Source of the DNA: an uncultured candidate division Zixibacteria bacterium | GTDB lineage: Bacteria > Zixibacteria > MSB-5A5 > GN15 > FEB-12 | Direction: 5' to 3' | Assembly: GCA_963806185.1 (NCBI GenBank) | Contig: CAWDXE010000007.1 | Coordinates: 96,001-160,000, forward strand | Length of the DNA stretch: 64,000 nt | Shown here: positions 1 to 10,622 of the stretch, piece after piece | Layout of the letters: every line of letters begins with the position of its first letter | How positions within the stretch are numbered: position 1 is the first letter of the stretch | Notes under the pieces: model-generated | The model's input: only the letters and a program-made list of their open reading frames with translations | The model's database searches: none | What the model was told of the DNA's origin: nothing | Program-made: the position numbers and the translations under genes

Positions 1-330
1 CGCATGGAGCCAACTCATGACGACGATCGTACTATCATTTAGGACGGTTACGGATGCTGAATCTGCGTCGTGATAAACAGCGAGTTTCTGGCTCAGCCCG
101 GGCAGCTCCCATCCGCGAAATAGATAATCCGCTATTGGAAACCGAACCCACAGCACATCGACGGTATTGCTGGGCCACGGGCACTTAAACACGGTAACGA
201 CGTCGTCATTGATCACGTGTCGTTCAAGTCGATCAAGTTGTAGGCCCGAAAGTACTATGGGACCCAGCATTATCACTAGAAGGCAAACGAACGCAAAGCC
301 AAGTCTGCGTGCCGGTGTGGACCTTTCCAT
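1..330 (-). CDS. Exported/membrane hypothetical protein, truncated by the window edge
   Basis: Not in the ORF track. ATG at 330 (minus) and the frame stays open to base 1: MERSTPARRLGFAFVCLLVIMLGPIVLSG..., a signal-peptide-like N-terminus. Confidence 0.6.
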   Translation of the reverse strand, partial: MERSTPARRLGFAFVCLLVIMLGPIVLSGLQLDRLERHVINDDVVTVFKCPWPSNTVDVLWVRFPIADYLFRGWELPGLSQKLAVYHDADSASVTVLNDSTIVVMSWLHA

Positions 331-738
331 GAAATACATATAACTCTCAACAATAGTACAATTGAAACTCAGAAATTGCCGTAGAATCCTCGAATCAAAT
401 AGTATCTGTCGATCGACTGGTGTCCCACGGCAAGCCGTGGGCCACCGAAAAGAAGAGAAAGACACGGGCTGCCCACCGCATAGGCGGTGGGGTACGGAGA
501 ACAGCCGGCTGAAAACCGCGCTTGACGAAGCCCTATCGCTCCACATTTATTAGCTCAACGCTATCCTAAACTCCTTATAGAACGGCAACTGTATTGACGG
601 CATCAAGGCCGATCGATTTGTGAGTGCAACGACGTAAGGATGGACCCCCGACGCAACCGGGGGACGGGAGTAATCATGATGAGCAATACCAACAGGCGGC
701 GTACCTTGGGTTCAAACGCTCTTGGCTCGAGGCAGGCC

Positions 739-1416
739 ATGGAGAGGACTTGCCTCCTCCTCGCGTGCGCGGTGATCTGGTTCGCTCCTGCGGGTGAAGC
801 CCGCACGCGTAGCCTGGATGATACGCTTCCCAGACAACTGACTTCCTATGTCACCGTATTCGGAGGGTATCATCTCGGCTTTGGCGGCAATACCACGGTC
901 GAATGGCAGGACGAGTACAACTACCATATCGCGACTCTGGGGTATAGCGATCTCTTCAAAGCCTCCCCCAACGTCGGTGTATCAATCGGTACCTATGGGA
1001 ACGGTTTTGGCATGCAGGTCGGGTTGCGGTATTCCCAGTACCGCGTCAAAAGCTCAGTGCAGGTGCGGGACGAAGTCGGCAACGTAGTTTTGTTGATACC
1101 GTCCGACCACGATCTCTCGCTCTACAATTTTGATTTTGGGCTGATCTTTCCGCTCACCAATATGCACTCGCGCGTCATTCCCGTGCTGGCACCGTCGATC
1201 TCTTCAGCCGCCGATGAATCGTTTTTTCAGCAGAGCGGACGTCTGTTCCACGTAGTGATCACCGGCATGGTGATCATCCGGGTTAACGCGAAGGCGGCCG
1301 GCAAGAATTATCTCGGCGTGATTCCGAGTGTTTCGTACGATGTGGGTCGGAAAGACAGGCTGCCGGCGACGTTGTTTGTCAATGTCGGCTTGGGATGGTT
1401 TATGTCCCGATGGTAA
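739..1416 (+). CDS. Putative outer-membrane beta-barrel protein
   Basis: ORF 640..1416, with likely start at ATG 739 (MERTCLLLACAVIWFAPAGEA signal peptide). Alternating beta-strands and an aromatic C-terminus (VNVGLGWF). Confidence 0.6.
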   Translation: MERTCLLLACAVIWFAPAGEARTRSLDDTLPRQLTSYVTVFGGYHLGFGGNTTVEWQDEYNYHIATLGYSDLFKASPNVGVSIGTYGNGFGMQVGLRYSQYRVKSSVQVRDEVGNVVLLIPSDHDLSLYNFDFGLIFPLTNMHSRVIPVLAPSISSAADESFFQQSGRLFHVVITGMVIIRVNAKAAGKNYLGVIPSVSYDVGRKDRLPATLFVNVGLGWFMSRW

Positions 1417-1473
1417 TGACATCAGGATCGCCCGGCAGGAGTGGTTGGGCGGTCAGTAGAAGGAGTGCGATTC

Positions 1474-2245
1474 ATGCCCTCGAAGTTTACGCGAGCGATT
1501 GTCCGGCAGCCGGGAAGATCGATGGTGCGCGGGCTCACCACGGCGAATCTTGGCGTGCCGGATTTCGAGAAGGCCCAGAGGCAGCATTGTGCCTATGTAC
1601 AGGCTTTGCTCCAATGCGGGCTGACTGTCATCTATTTGCCGGCTGACGAGAGCAACCCGGACTCGACATTTGTGGAGGACACCGCGCTGCTCACACCGGC
1701 ATGTGCGATCATAATGAGGTCGGGAGCGGAAACGCGCCGGGGGGAGACGGAACATATTGAGAACCCCATTCGAGATTTCTTTCCCTTCATTCATCGAGTA
1801 GAAGCTCCGGGGACGGCCGACGCCGGCGATATCATGGCGGTCGGTCGGCATTACTACATCGGGATTTCAGAGCGGACGAATGAGGAGGGAGCCCGGCAAA
1901 TTATCGAAATACTGCAGCGGCACGGGATGACGGGATCGACTATTTCCGTCGGGCAAGGCCTGCACATGAAGTCCGGTGTTTCGTATCTGGAGAATGACAC
2001 GGTGCTTGTCACCGACAGCTTCAGAGCAGCGTCCGGATTGAGTCAGATGCGTCAGATCCCGGTGTCTGACGACGAACAGTATGCGGCCAACAGCCTCTGG
2101 ATCAATGACACGGTCCTCGTGCCGAGTGGTTTTCCCAAGACAGAACGGGCCATCCAATCCTGTGGCTATAAGACGATTTCTCTCGATGTCTCTGAGATTT
2201 CGCAAGCTGGACGGTGGGCTGAGCTGCCTGTCCCTGCGACTCTAA
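1474..2245 (+). CDS. ddah: N(G),N(G)-dimethylarginine dimethylaminohydrolase (amidinotransferase family), one frameshift near 2195
   Basis: Motifs PDSTFVEDTA, DAGDI and GLHMKS. Removing one base in GAGATTTCGCAAG restores the canonical end SEFRKLDGGLSCLSLRL* (TAA 2243-2245) with the catalytic Cys. Confidence 0.88.
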
Positions 2246-2255
2246 TCCAGCTTCT

Positions 2256-2621
2256 TCAACAATTGACTTCTGAAGGCAGGGCTTTTACGGCGTACTCTGC
2301 CTGGATGAGCACGATGAGGAGTTCTGTATCTTGCGGAAGAGCGGCAAATTGGAGCCCAACGTCAAAGACGCCACGGTTGGCGGTTTTCGATTTCCATTTA
2401 CAGGTGGCTTTTAGGTCGATAGTTCGGGTACTCATGACCGGTCTGGGCAGGACGACCTTGAGTTGGTACTGTCGCCCTTTCTCGAAGGGACCCTTGCCGG
2501 TGAGCATCATGCCATGAATGGACAGGTCGCGCAGGAAACCTACCGTGACGTTGGTGGCGCTGTCTTTGACGGGGATGGTCTCAGGGGCGACAATCCTTCG
2601 CGCTTTGCGTTTTTCGGCCAT
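2256..2621 (-). CDS. PilZ domain protein
   Basis: RKARR (RxxxR) and DLSIHG (DxSxxG) c-di-GMP-binding motifs, with a GLQF end. Confidence 0.85.
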   Translation of the reverse strand: MAEKRKARRIVAPETIPVKDSATNVTVGFLRDLSIHGMMLTGKGPFEKGRQYQLKVVLPRPVMSTRTIDLKATCKWKSKTANRGVFDVGLQFAALPQDTELLIVLIQAEYAVKALPSEVNC

Positions 2622-2715
2622 GCGGATGCCCTCCGTCACAAGTTGGTTGCCCCCTACAACGGTATCGACACAACTGACGACGGCCTGAACGGCCGTTGGA
2701 ATCCGGCCTGATATA

Positions 2716-4469
2716 TCAGGTCTGGGTAGTCAGCCACGCCTGCATCCGTCGGTCGAGCATATCGAGCGGAAGGCAACCGGCGCCGAGGATCTGGTCGTGG
2801 AAGGCGCGAATGTCGAAACGGGGGCCGAGCGTCTTTCTCGCATCTGGCGCGAATCTCGCTGATCCTCAGTTCGCCGATTTTATAGGCGAGTGCCTGGCCG
2901 GGCCATACGATGTAGCGGTCGATTTCCACCTGGATGTCGTGGCGTGACTTGCTGGAATTCTCCATGAAGAAGGCAATGGCTTGCTCGCGAGTCCAGCCCT
3001 TGGCGTGCAGGGCGGGATCGACGACGAGGCGGATGGCGCGCCACATCTCGTAGGTGAGCTGGCCGAATTTGGCGTAGGGGTCGCCGTAGAAGCCCATGTC
3101 CTCGCCGAGGCGTTCGGAATAGAGCGCCCAACCCTCGCCGTAGGCGGTAATCCACATGTATTTTCTGAATTCGGGGATGCCCTGCAATTCCTGCATCAAG
3201 CGCGATCTGCAAATGGTGGCCGGGGACAGCCTCGTGAAGGGTGAGGGCTTCCATTTCCCACTTCGGGCGGGATTTCAGATCATAGGTATTGGCATAGAAA
3301 TAGCCGGGGCGGCCGGCGGCAGGTGAGCCGGGTTCGTAGTAGGCAGTGGTCTGGGATTTTTCGGCATACGACGGAATCGGGGTTACGCCGTAGGGGAGGC
3401 GGGGCAAAGTGCCAAACAGGCGGGCCAGTTCGGGGTCGACGCGTTTGGAAATGTCGCGATACGTGGTGAGCAGTTCGGCAGCCGAGGTGCAGAAGAAGCG
3501 GGGATCGGTGCGCAGGAATTCACACCAGGCGGCAAAATCACCGGAGAAATTGGCGGAGGCAATGACGGCCTGCATTTCGCGCTTGATGCGGGTCACCTCG
3601 GACATGCCGATGTCGAAAATCTGATCGGGGGTGAGATCGGTGGTGGTATGGCGACGAACGAGGAAGCGGTACCAGTCGAGGCCGTTGGGGAGGTCGGTCC
3701 AGGCGGTGGTTGTCCGGCAGGCAGGGAGGTAGCGGTCGCGCAGGAAGGTATGGAGTGATTTCAGGGCAGGAGTGATTTGTTCGGTGAAGATCGCCCGAGC
3801 TTCTTCGCAGGCGCCGATAAAGTCGACGGACTTGTCGGTGCGGGCGGAGCGTTCGAAGGCGGCGAGCATCGGAGAGGCGTGGGGATCCTCGATAATCTGA
3901 TTGAGCACCTGCTGAGGGAGCTCGGCGACACAGGCGCGGGGCGGCGTTATGCCGCGTTCGATGCCTTGCGCGAGAAGATCAGTTGTCTGAGCGAGGAAGG
4001 CGGGGACAGCCTCGAGGCGGCGGAGGATATTTTCGCGCTGTTCAGCCGATTGCGCGCTCATCATGGAAAGCATGCGGGGGATATTCTGATGAGGGCCGTC
4101 CATCTGCGTGACCAGCGTCAGCTCGGTCGGGAAGGTGAGTTCCTCGGCGTCGACGTCGAGGCTGCGTTTGAATAAATCGTAAGATAACTGATCGTCGGCT
4201 GTCAGGGCGGAGCGATCGATGGCGCTCAGGGCGCGGAGTTGAATGCCGGTGGCGGAACGGCGGCGACGCCAGCCGTCGGCGGAGTAATCGGGCCAGCGAT
4301 CATCGTAGCCGGGGAAACCATTGGCCGTGGCCGCGTCGGGGCTTTCGGCCATGGTGTAGTGCCAGGCGAGATCGAGAAGTCGGTGGAAACGGGCTGAGAC
4401 ATCCGTGATTGAGTGGTTGGCGGGGAATAGCTCTAGTTGTGATAATAGCTCTATTTGCGTGGGGGTCAT
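2716..4469 (-). CDS. DUF885 family protein (M2-like metallopeptidase fold), two frameshifts (~3198, ~2835)
   Basis: LHEAVPGHHLQ, AYGEGWALYSE and PGQALAYKIG. The corrected tail LGPRFDIRAFHDQILGAGCLPLDML ends at TGA 2716-2718. Confidence 0.88.
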
Positions 4470-4569
4470 GATCGCATCTCCTTACTCATGCCGAAAGATA
4501 CGGCACGAAGGAATACGTTGCAATGGCCGGCGCGCGGCGGCATTCGGCAAGGGTGATGGATTGATGGAT

Positions 4570-5874
4570 TTAGCGAGCGGCGACCGGTTGCTCGACATCG
4601 GCAAGATGTCGCTTCAACCGCTGCTCAACGTTGGCCATGTAGGAGGAATCGTGGGCCAGAACGCCATCGGTGGCGGTAATCTTGGTCAACTCTTCGATGA
4701 CGGAACGGAGAGCGTCGACGCCGGCAATGATACTGTGGACGTGGTCAGTGACAATGCGCTGGGGGTCGACGATGCTGCCGCTCTCCACGGCTTTCTGTAC
4801 CTGGTCGGCGCGATCGCGGACGATAGCGGAGGCCTCGTACATGTACCGAGAGAAAGTAAGGGTAGCCTGCCGGAGCGATTGCCAGCTTGACCGAGCGAGC
4901 TGGTCGTGGGCGATCTGCTGCTGCATCTGGCGGTTTTCGCGGAGGAGAGTCTCGACAGTCAGGTACTGTTCGAACAGAAGTTGGTTGGCCTGAGAGAGGA
5001 TCTCCTCCGGCTGGCCGATTTCGATTTCGAGGAACTGAGCCTCCTTGATGGTCTGTTCGAACAAGCGGACCTCGAGGGCGGTCAGATGCTCGACCGGGAT
5101 ATTCAAGTTGACCCGCATGATGTCTTTGTTTTCGATATCGAAAGCATTGGAAGTCGCGTTGGCGGCCAGGCCGAAGTGCGAGATCAGATGAGCGAGGGCG
5201 ACGATTTGCGGAAGGATCAGTTCCGGTGTTGTTGTCCCAGGGACGAAGACCGAGTGGTGGCGGCCGACGGCTTCGCAGATGCGATCGGGGAGGTGCCACT
5301 GTTGAAGGAGGAATTGTCCGACGCGGGCGTGATTGGTGCCCCAGAGTTCTTCCTCCTGCTCCATCATTTCGCCATTTTTGTGGGCCTGTTTCCAGAGGCG
5401 GGCGAATTCGGCGGGGTATGATTTTTCAAGAATCAGCACGCCGATATCGTGCAGCAGGCCGGAGATGAATGCTTCTTCCGCGTGCGGGTATTTGATTTCC
5501 TCGGCGATCAGGCGCGCAGCGATGGCGACCTCGAGTGAGTGGCGCCAGAAACGTGTTCGTTCGAGTGACGACTGCCAGCTATCGGTCATGCGGTAGACGG
5601 AAGACGAGAGGGCCAGGGCGGTGACCTGGCGCATGCCGAGAGTCATGACGGCCTGGGTCATGGTGCCGATTTGCCGGCCGACGCCGTAGAAGGGGGAATT
5701 GACGATGCGGAGGACGCGCGCAGTCAGGGAAGGGTCCTTCATAATCACGCCGGCCAGATCGCCGGCGGAGGAGTTTTCATCGTTAACGACACGCATCACT
5801 TCGGAGAGCGTCTGAGGCAGAGAGGCCAGATGGCGATTGTCGTTGAGGACCTTTTTGATGACGTTGTTGTCCAT
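4570..5874 (-). CDS. HDOD domain signalling protein with C-terminal coiled-coil/helical region
   Basis: LASLPQT, DPSLTARVLRIVNSPFY, FWRHS and GLLHDIG. Start at MDNNVIKK. Confidence 0.88.
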   Translation of the reverse strand: MDNNVIKKVLNDNRHLASLPQTLSEVMRVVNDENSSAGDLAGVIMKDPSLTARVLRIVNSPFYGVGRQIGTMTQAVMTLGMRQVTALALSSSVYRMTDSWQSSLERTRFWRHSLEVAIAARLIAEEIKYPHAEEAFISGLLHDIGVLILEKSYPAEFARLWKQAHKNGEMMEQEEELWGTNHARVGQFLLQQWHLPDRICEAVGRHHSVFVPGTTTPELILPQIVALAHLISHFGLAANATSNAFDIENKDIMRVNLNIPVEHLTALEVRLFEQTIKEAQFLEIEIGQPEEILSQANQLLFEQYLTVETLLRENRQMQQQIAHDQLARSSWQSLRQATLTFSRYMYEASAIVRDRADQVQKAVESGSIVDPQRIVTDHVHSIIAGVDALRSVIEELTKITATDGVLAHDSSYMANVEQRLKRHLADVEQPVAAR

Positions 5875-5927
5875 AGCATGCCCTTGAGAGGTTATCGGCG
5901 CGGCGGCGGAAAAGTTGAGTAGGGAGG

Positions 5928-7160
5928 TTATATCTGTCGTGATCGTTTGACCTGCAGGCGGGCGAGGCGGTGATTGAGTTGCTCGCGATGGTGCAGGCCA
6001 AACGGGCAGGTGGCGAGGGCGGCGTTGGTGCAGGCGATAGCTTGAGTGACATCGGCGCCGTGGCGCTCGAAGTACTTGGCCAATTCGAGATTGGCGAAAT
6101 ATCCTTCGCGAGTCTCCAAGCCGGCTAACTGTTGCCAAAGGGCGACCGCGCGGTCGTACTGGCCGCAGCGCTTAAAGGTGTTGGCGTGGTAGAGGGTAAT
6201 ATCCGGAGCGAGGGCCGGCTGAGAGGGATCGGGCTCGATGCGGCCGTACAATTCAACGACGCGGTCGAGCTGACGTCGACGGCCGTAGACCCGGGAGAGG
6301 GAATGGAGATCGTCGACGTCGAACAATACCTCGCCGCGCGTCTGGAAGATTTCAGCGATGTGCACGGCCAAAGCGGCGAGGGCGATGATATCCCGACGAT
6401 TGTGTTCCAGAGTTCCCACCAGACCGTCTGTTTTCTGGTAGGAAAGCCAATCGAAATAGAGGGAGGGAATGAGGTAGCCGGGAGTGTCGTTGACGCGGTG
6501 ATAGTCGAAGATCATCCGTTCGATATTGGTGAGCTGACAGTCGCGCAGGCGGCGGCGGTAGAGGCGGCGGGCGGCGTGGAGAAGATCAAAATGACCCGCG
6601 TGAGGGAGTTCTCGGGCGACCCGATTAATGATTACGCGATCGCGGAGCAAAGGGAGATCGAAAGCGGCGCCGTTGTAGGTGACGAGGTGGGCCTGAGGGG
6701 AGAATTCGTTCAGCGCGAACTCAAGCATGGCCGCCTCGTCGGCATAGTCGGGAAGCAAGTATTGTCTGATCTCAAAACCGGATTCGGTCAGGCGACCGAT
6801 GCCGATGAGGAAGGCGACGGCGCCGGCGCCGCCGAGGCCGGTGGTTTCGGTGTCGAGAAAGAGCATGTCGCGCAGAGACACCTGGCCCTCGTGTTCATCG
6901 GCGGTGAAGCAAGAGACGGGCAGGTCGGCCATGGCGAAAGCGTCGTTCGGGGTCAGGTCGCGAATGAGATGAGTGAAGTCGACTGATCGTCGCACCAGGC
7001 AACTGCATCCGGCAGTATGGTGGTGAAGTTCGCCCTCAACCGAAGCGGCCAGGATGGCGTACCGATCGTGCGTTGGGTCTTTTCCTGATGTTGGTGCCGG
7101 GGTCGGGTTGAGGTGATGCTTCAGGCGGGCGAGACGATCGTTGAGGTTATTGGGTTCCAT
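5928..7160 (-). CDS. RNase_H_2 (YprB/MrfB-like) DEDDh exonuclease with C-terminal TPR
   Basis: FLDTETTG, TYNGAAFDLP and EHNRRD, followed by TPR-like helices. Confidence 0.85.
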   Translation of the reverse strand: MEPNNLNDRLARLKHHLNPTPAPTSGKDPTHDRYAILAASVEGELHHHTAGCSCLVRRSVDFTHLIRDLTPNDAFAMADLPVSCFTADEHEGQVSLRDMLFLDTETTGLGGAGAVAFLIGIGRLTESGFEIRQYLLPDYADEAAMLEFALNEFSPQAHLVTYNGAAFDLPLLRDRVIINRVARELPHAGHFDLLHAARRLYRRRLRDCQLTNIERMIFDYHRVNDTPGYLIPSLYFDWLSYQKTDGLVGTLEHNRRDIIALAALAVHIAEIFQTRGEVLFDVDDLHSLSRVYGRRRQLDRVVELYGRIEPDPSQPALAPDITLYHANTFKRCGQYDRAVALWQQLAGLETREGYFANLELAKYFERHGADVTQAIACTNAALATCPFGLHHREQLNHRLARLQVKRSRQI

Positions 7161-8097
7161 GGGCGTACGTATCGATAGCCGACTGGATGCGGACGCGCAC
7201 GAGCCGGTCGGTTTCAGCGTCGAGCATAGTCTGATGGTACCCGTGAGTGTTTTTCGGGTCGGCCTGAATGAGAGCGACGGCAGCGGAGCCCCGGCGGTCG
7301 GGATCGGCGGCTTTTGATTGGGTGAAGAGCAACTGCACGGCTTCTTCGCCGCCCAGTTTCCCCAGTACCGAACAGGCGACGTCGCCGAGAAGGGCGCTGG
7401 GTGAAGCGAGGGAGTCATTCAAAGTCCTGAGGACTGTTGTAGTATCGAGCGAGAGCAGAGATGCTGCGGCCGACATGCGGGCGCCGTAGAAGGGGTCGCC
7501 GAGCAGGCCCACCAGTTTCGCGGTGCTCCCGTTAAGTTTCAATTTGCCGGCCGAGACGGCCGCGGCCTTGCGGACAATTTCATTACTGTCGGCGAGGGCA
7601 GCGTCGACCACAGCGGCACCGCGCTGGTCGCGGATGCTGCCGAGAGCGCCGACCGATTGCTCGCGGACCTGCCAGCGGTGGTGGCGAGAGATTTCGACCA
7701 GAGGGAGTGTGGCGGACGAATCGGCGATTTCGCCGAGGGAACCGCAAATTCGTTCGACGCGAAGGCCGCAGGTATCGCCGAGATTGTGCACCAATTCAGG
7801 TACGGCGGCGGAGCCGATCTTCTTGAGAATTTCCATGATGGTGACACGTTCGCGGGCGGATTTAGTGTCCAGCTTCTGGACCAGGCGCGGAGCGGCCTGA
7901 GCGCCGAGCGCGGCAATGCTGTCTTTGGCGGGCTGGACCATTTTCTGAAACTTGACCTCACCTGACGACGCGATAACGAACAACGAATCGATCTTCTTGT
8001 CGAGCACGGTTTTGCCGGCCGCGGAACTTGCCCACACTCCGACAATGAGAAACAGAAGGGTCGGAACACAAATCACATATCGCCGTAGGGGTGTCAT
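7147..8097 (-). CDS. Exported HEAT-repeat protein
   Basis: Signal peptide and repeated L.D....VR..AA.ALG units. Confidence 0.85.
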   Translation of the reverse strand: MTPLRRYVICVPTLLFLIVGVWASSAAGKTVLDKKIDSLFVIASSGEVKFQKMVQPAKDSIAALGAQAAPRLVQKLDTKSARERVTIMEILKKIGSAAVPELVHNLGDTCGLRVERICGSLGEIADSSATLPLVEISRHHRWQVREQSVGALGSIRDQRGAAVVDAALADSNEIVRKAAAVSAGKLKLNGSTAKLVGLLGDPFYGARMSAAASLLSLDTTTVLRTLNDSLASPSALLGDVACSVLGKLGGEEAVQLLFTQSKAADPDRRGSAAVALIQADPKNTHGYHQTMLDAETDRLVRVRIQSAIDTYAHGTQ

Positions 8098-10040
8098 TTT
8101 GCACCTGTAGTCGTGGTGGTGTCCGGAGGGGGAGTCAGTTGAATATCGAGGCCACCGCCCCAGACGGACTTGGATTGCCAGTAGAAATTGTCTTTGCCAT
8201 TGCCGGCGTATTGGTCGAGGCCGCCGAGATCGATGAACAGGCCGATCGAGCCATAGTCGCGGCGGGGGTTGCCATACCCTTGAGTGTTGGCGTAGTTTTT
8301 CGCAAAGTAACGGTCGTCGCCTTCATTATCAGCGAGGATTCCGACGCCGTTGGCGGAACCAGCTCCCTGTGACAGATCGTAAGCAGTGTACGTGTCATTG
8401 CCGTGACGGTCGAGCAGCATGCCGCACGAGTAGTCGTGGCCGCACCCTTGCATGAGACCTTTGCCGAAGTAGACGTCGTTGCCAAAGTCATCTACAAGGA
8501 TGCCGACGGTCATATGCGTGGCGCACCCCTGACCGTATTGGAAGAGTGAATAACTGTCGTTGCCCGAGGAATCGTAGAGGACACCCAGGCCCCACCAGTA
8601 GGAAGCGCCCTGGGCGAAGATGTCGCCGAAATACTGGTCATTTCCGGTGAGATCGACAATGGCGCCGATGCCGCCGGAGAGGTAGGGGCGAAGTCCCTGG
8701 CCAAAGCCCTGCGAGAGGGAGAGGTAGCGATCTTCGTAACGGAGGATGTCTTTGTACTTGCCGCCGGCGAAATAGAGATCGTTGCCGGCCATGTCGTAGA
8801 TTATCCCGGCGCCCTGGGTGAAGCCGAAGCCTTGCGAATATACGGCCGAGCGGTAGGTGTCGCGGCCACCCTCATCAATCAAGAGACCCAGGCCGAACGA
8901 GGCTGCCCCTTCGACGTGGGTATCTCCGTCGTAGCAGTCGTCGCCGGCTGCGTCATATAACAGGCCGAAGCCGAAGTAGCCGGAGCCGAGGCCGAATGAT
9001 TTGCAGTCGTACCGATCGTCGCCGCCGAAATCGAGCAGGAGGCCGACAGACAGGCAGCCGGAGCCGACGGTGAAATCGGACTTGCCACGGTAGCTGTCAT
9101 TGCCGCCCAGATCGATGATCAGCACGGGGTGCGGCTTGGCCGGGTCGTAAGTCAGATCGTAAACGTCATCGCCACCGAGGTCGAGAATAAACGTGTAATC
9201 GCCCGTGTAGTAATCGTTGCCTGGGCCACCGATTTTCCATCCGGTCTGTTGACCGAGGGTGATCTGGCGATCGGTCTGTTCGCCAACCGGATTCCCGCTC
9301 TTAATCAATGCCTCCGGGGTGACGCGATTGGAATCGAGGAGGCCCTGGATATGACGAACCTGGAGCAGGATGTCGCGCAGGCATTCGATGCCGGCGGCGA
9401 TAACGGGATCTTTGTCAATCTTGGAGCCGAACAGGGCGAAGGACTGGGCGTACTTCTCTTCAAGCTGCTCCAGCGAGTCCATCGCTTCGGCCGAGAGTTG
9501 TTCGTCTTCCTCGCGCATCGTCAGCATGAATTTGAACTCGTTGAGCAGGAATTTGCGTTCTTTCGCTGTGAGGCGGGCGAGAGCCATCTCAGTCGACTTG
9601 GGGATGACGATATTCAGATAGTACGACGCTCGACTGAGGAGTTCATTGGTGGCCAGGTGCGAGTAATACAGATTGTAATTGCCGCGGATTTCCTCAGCGG
9701 AAGCCTTGTAGAAGCCGGATCTCCCGGTGTGACCCTGCCAGGCCAGATCTTCGAACATAATGCGGGATAGAATTTCCGGCTGGCCCTGTACATGGGCCTG
9801 TCGGAGGGAAGCGGTATAATCGATCATCCCGAGCGGCTTGTGCATCAGATTGGCGACCAGGTCAAGGCGGAAGGAGTCGAGGTCGGTGTAATCGTCGCGA
9901 AAGCCGATATCATCCGGAGTCAGGCCGAGCGACTGGGTCAGGCGGCGGAGTCCGGTGAACTCCGGCGCGGGCTGCGTAGAATCCTGAGCGACGGCGGTCG
10001 TATACAGGATCAACAGAAGAGTGAGGACGATACGTTTCAT
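8094..10040 (-). CDS. Exported protein with tandem GxGxLxDxxGxDxY repeats (putative Ca-binding beta-roll)
   Basis: Signal peptide MKRIVLTLLL and roughly ten DxxG(N/D)DxY repeats in the C-terminal half. Confidence 0.75.
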   Translation of the reverse strand: MKRIVLTLLLILYTTAVAQDSTQPAPEFTGLRRLTQSLGLTPDDIGFRDDYTDLDSFRLDLVANLMHKPLGMIDYTASLRQAHVQGQPEILSRIMFEDLAWQGHTGRSGFYKASAEEIRGNYNLYYSHLATNELLSRASYYLNIVIPKSTEMALARLTAKERKFLLNEFKFMLTMREEDEQLSAEAMDSLEQLEEKYAQSFALFGSKIDKDPVIAAGIECLRDILLQVRHIQGLLDSNRVTPEALIKSGNPVGEQTDRQITLGQQTGWKIGGPGNDYYTGDYTFILDLGGDDVYDLTYDPAKPHPVLIIDLGGNDSYRGKSDFTVGSGCLSVGLLLDFGGDDRYDCKSFGLGSGYFGFGLLYDAAGDDCYDGDTHVEGAASFGLGLLIDEGGRDTYRSAVYSQGFGFTQGAGIIYDMAGNDLYFAGGKYKDILRYEDRYLSLSQGFGQGLRPYLSGGIGAIVDLTGNDQYFGDIFAQGASYWWGLGVLYDSSGNDSYSLFQYGQGCATHMTVGILVDDFGNDVYFGKGLMQGCGHDYSCGMLLDRHGNDTYTAYDLSQGAGSANGVGILADNEGDDRYFAKNYANTQGYGNPRRDYGSIGLFIDLGGLDQYAGNGKDNFYWQSKSVWGGGLDIQLTPPPDTTTTTGAK

Positions 10041-10191
10041 AGTGGTAGGGATAATAGGCCGAAACCTGTTGGCCGTCAACAAGAACCGTCGAATGTCGAA
10101 GAATCCCGGAAACACCGCTGAAGTGAAGCAAGGGCGGTCGAAAAAAAATGTAACTCAAGGCGCTTCAATCTGTTAATCCGTCAGATCGGTC

Positions 10192-10220
10192 TTGCCAAGA
10201 GAGTCCGGCTACTATATATT
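10192..10220 (+). promoter_or_regulatory. Sigma70-like promoter of rpmE
   Basis: TTGCCA-17 nt-TATATT. Confidence 0.55.
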
Positions 10221-10311
10221 ATTCGGCTAAGGGTGAGGCGAAAGTTGAGGAACTTTTCGTCTCAGTATGGTATTGTTTGAAGAGTAGCAATTGGTGAATA
10301 GAGGTAATGAC

Positions 10312-10524
10312 GTGAAAGCTGGTATCCATCCGGATTACAAAGAGGTGACCATCACGTGCGCCTGCGGGGCGACCTATCCGACTCGTTCGACGCGCAAGAC
10401 GATCAACGTAGAAATTTGCTCCAACTGCCACCCGTTCTTCACGGGTCGTCAGAAACTGATCGACACGGCTGGTCGCGTGGATCGGTTCCGTCGAAAATAC
10501 GCGAAGATGGAGCCCAAGAAGTAA
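10312..10524 (+). CDS. rpmE: 50S ribosomal protein L31 (Zn-binding C+ type)
   Basis: MKAGIHPDY...CACG...[10 protein letters not shown]...GRVDRF. GTG start after GAGGT. Confidence 0.97.
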   Translation: MKAGIHPDYKEVTITCACGATYPTRSTRKTINVEICSNCHPFFTGRQKLIDTAGRVDRFRRKYAKMEPKK

Positions 10525-10622
10525 AGCGATCCTGGCCGTATAATGCGGCCGGCAATCGATGAAGAGAGAAAGTCGCCGACTGCCTGTCAGTCGGCCTTTT
10601 GTATACGGCAGGAAAGAGACTG

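Noticed and set aside
2190..2245. DDAH read-through or programmed frameshift
   Set aside because: One extra base explains it and there is no slippery heptamer. Probably sequencing error.
2716..3200. DUF885 as a split gene or pseudogene
   Set aside because: Two single-base insertions with otherwise intact motifs, the same error pattern seen elsewhere in the window.
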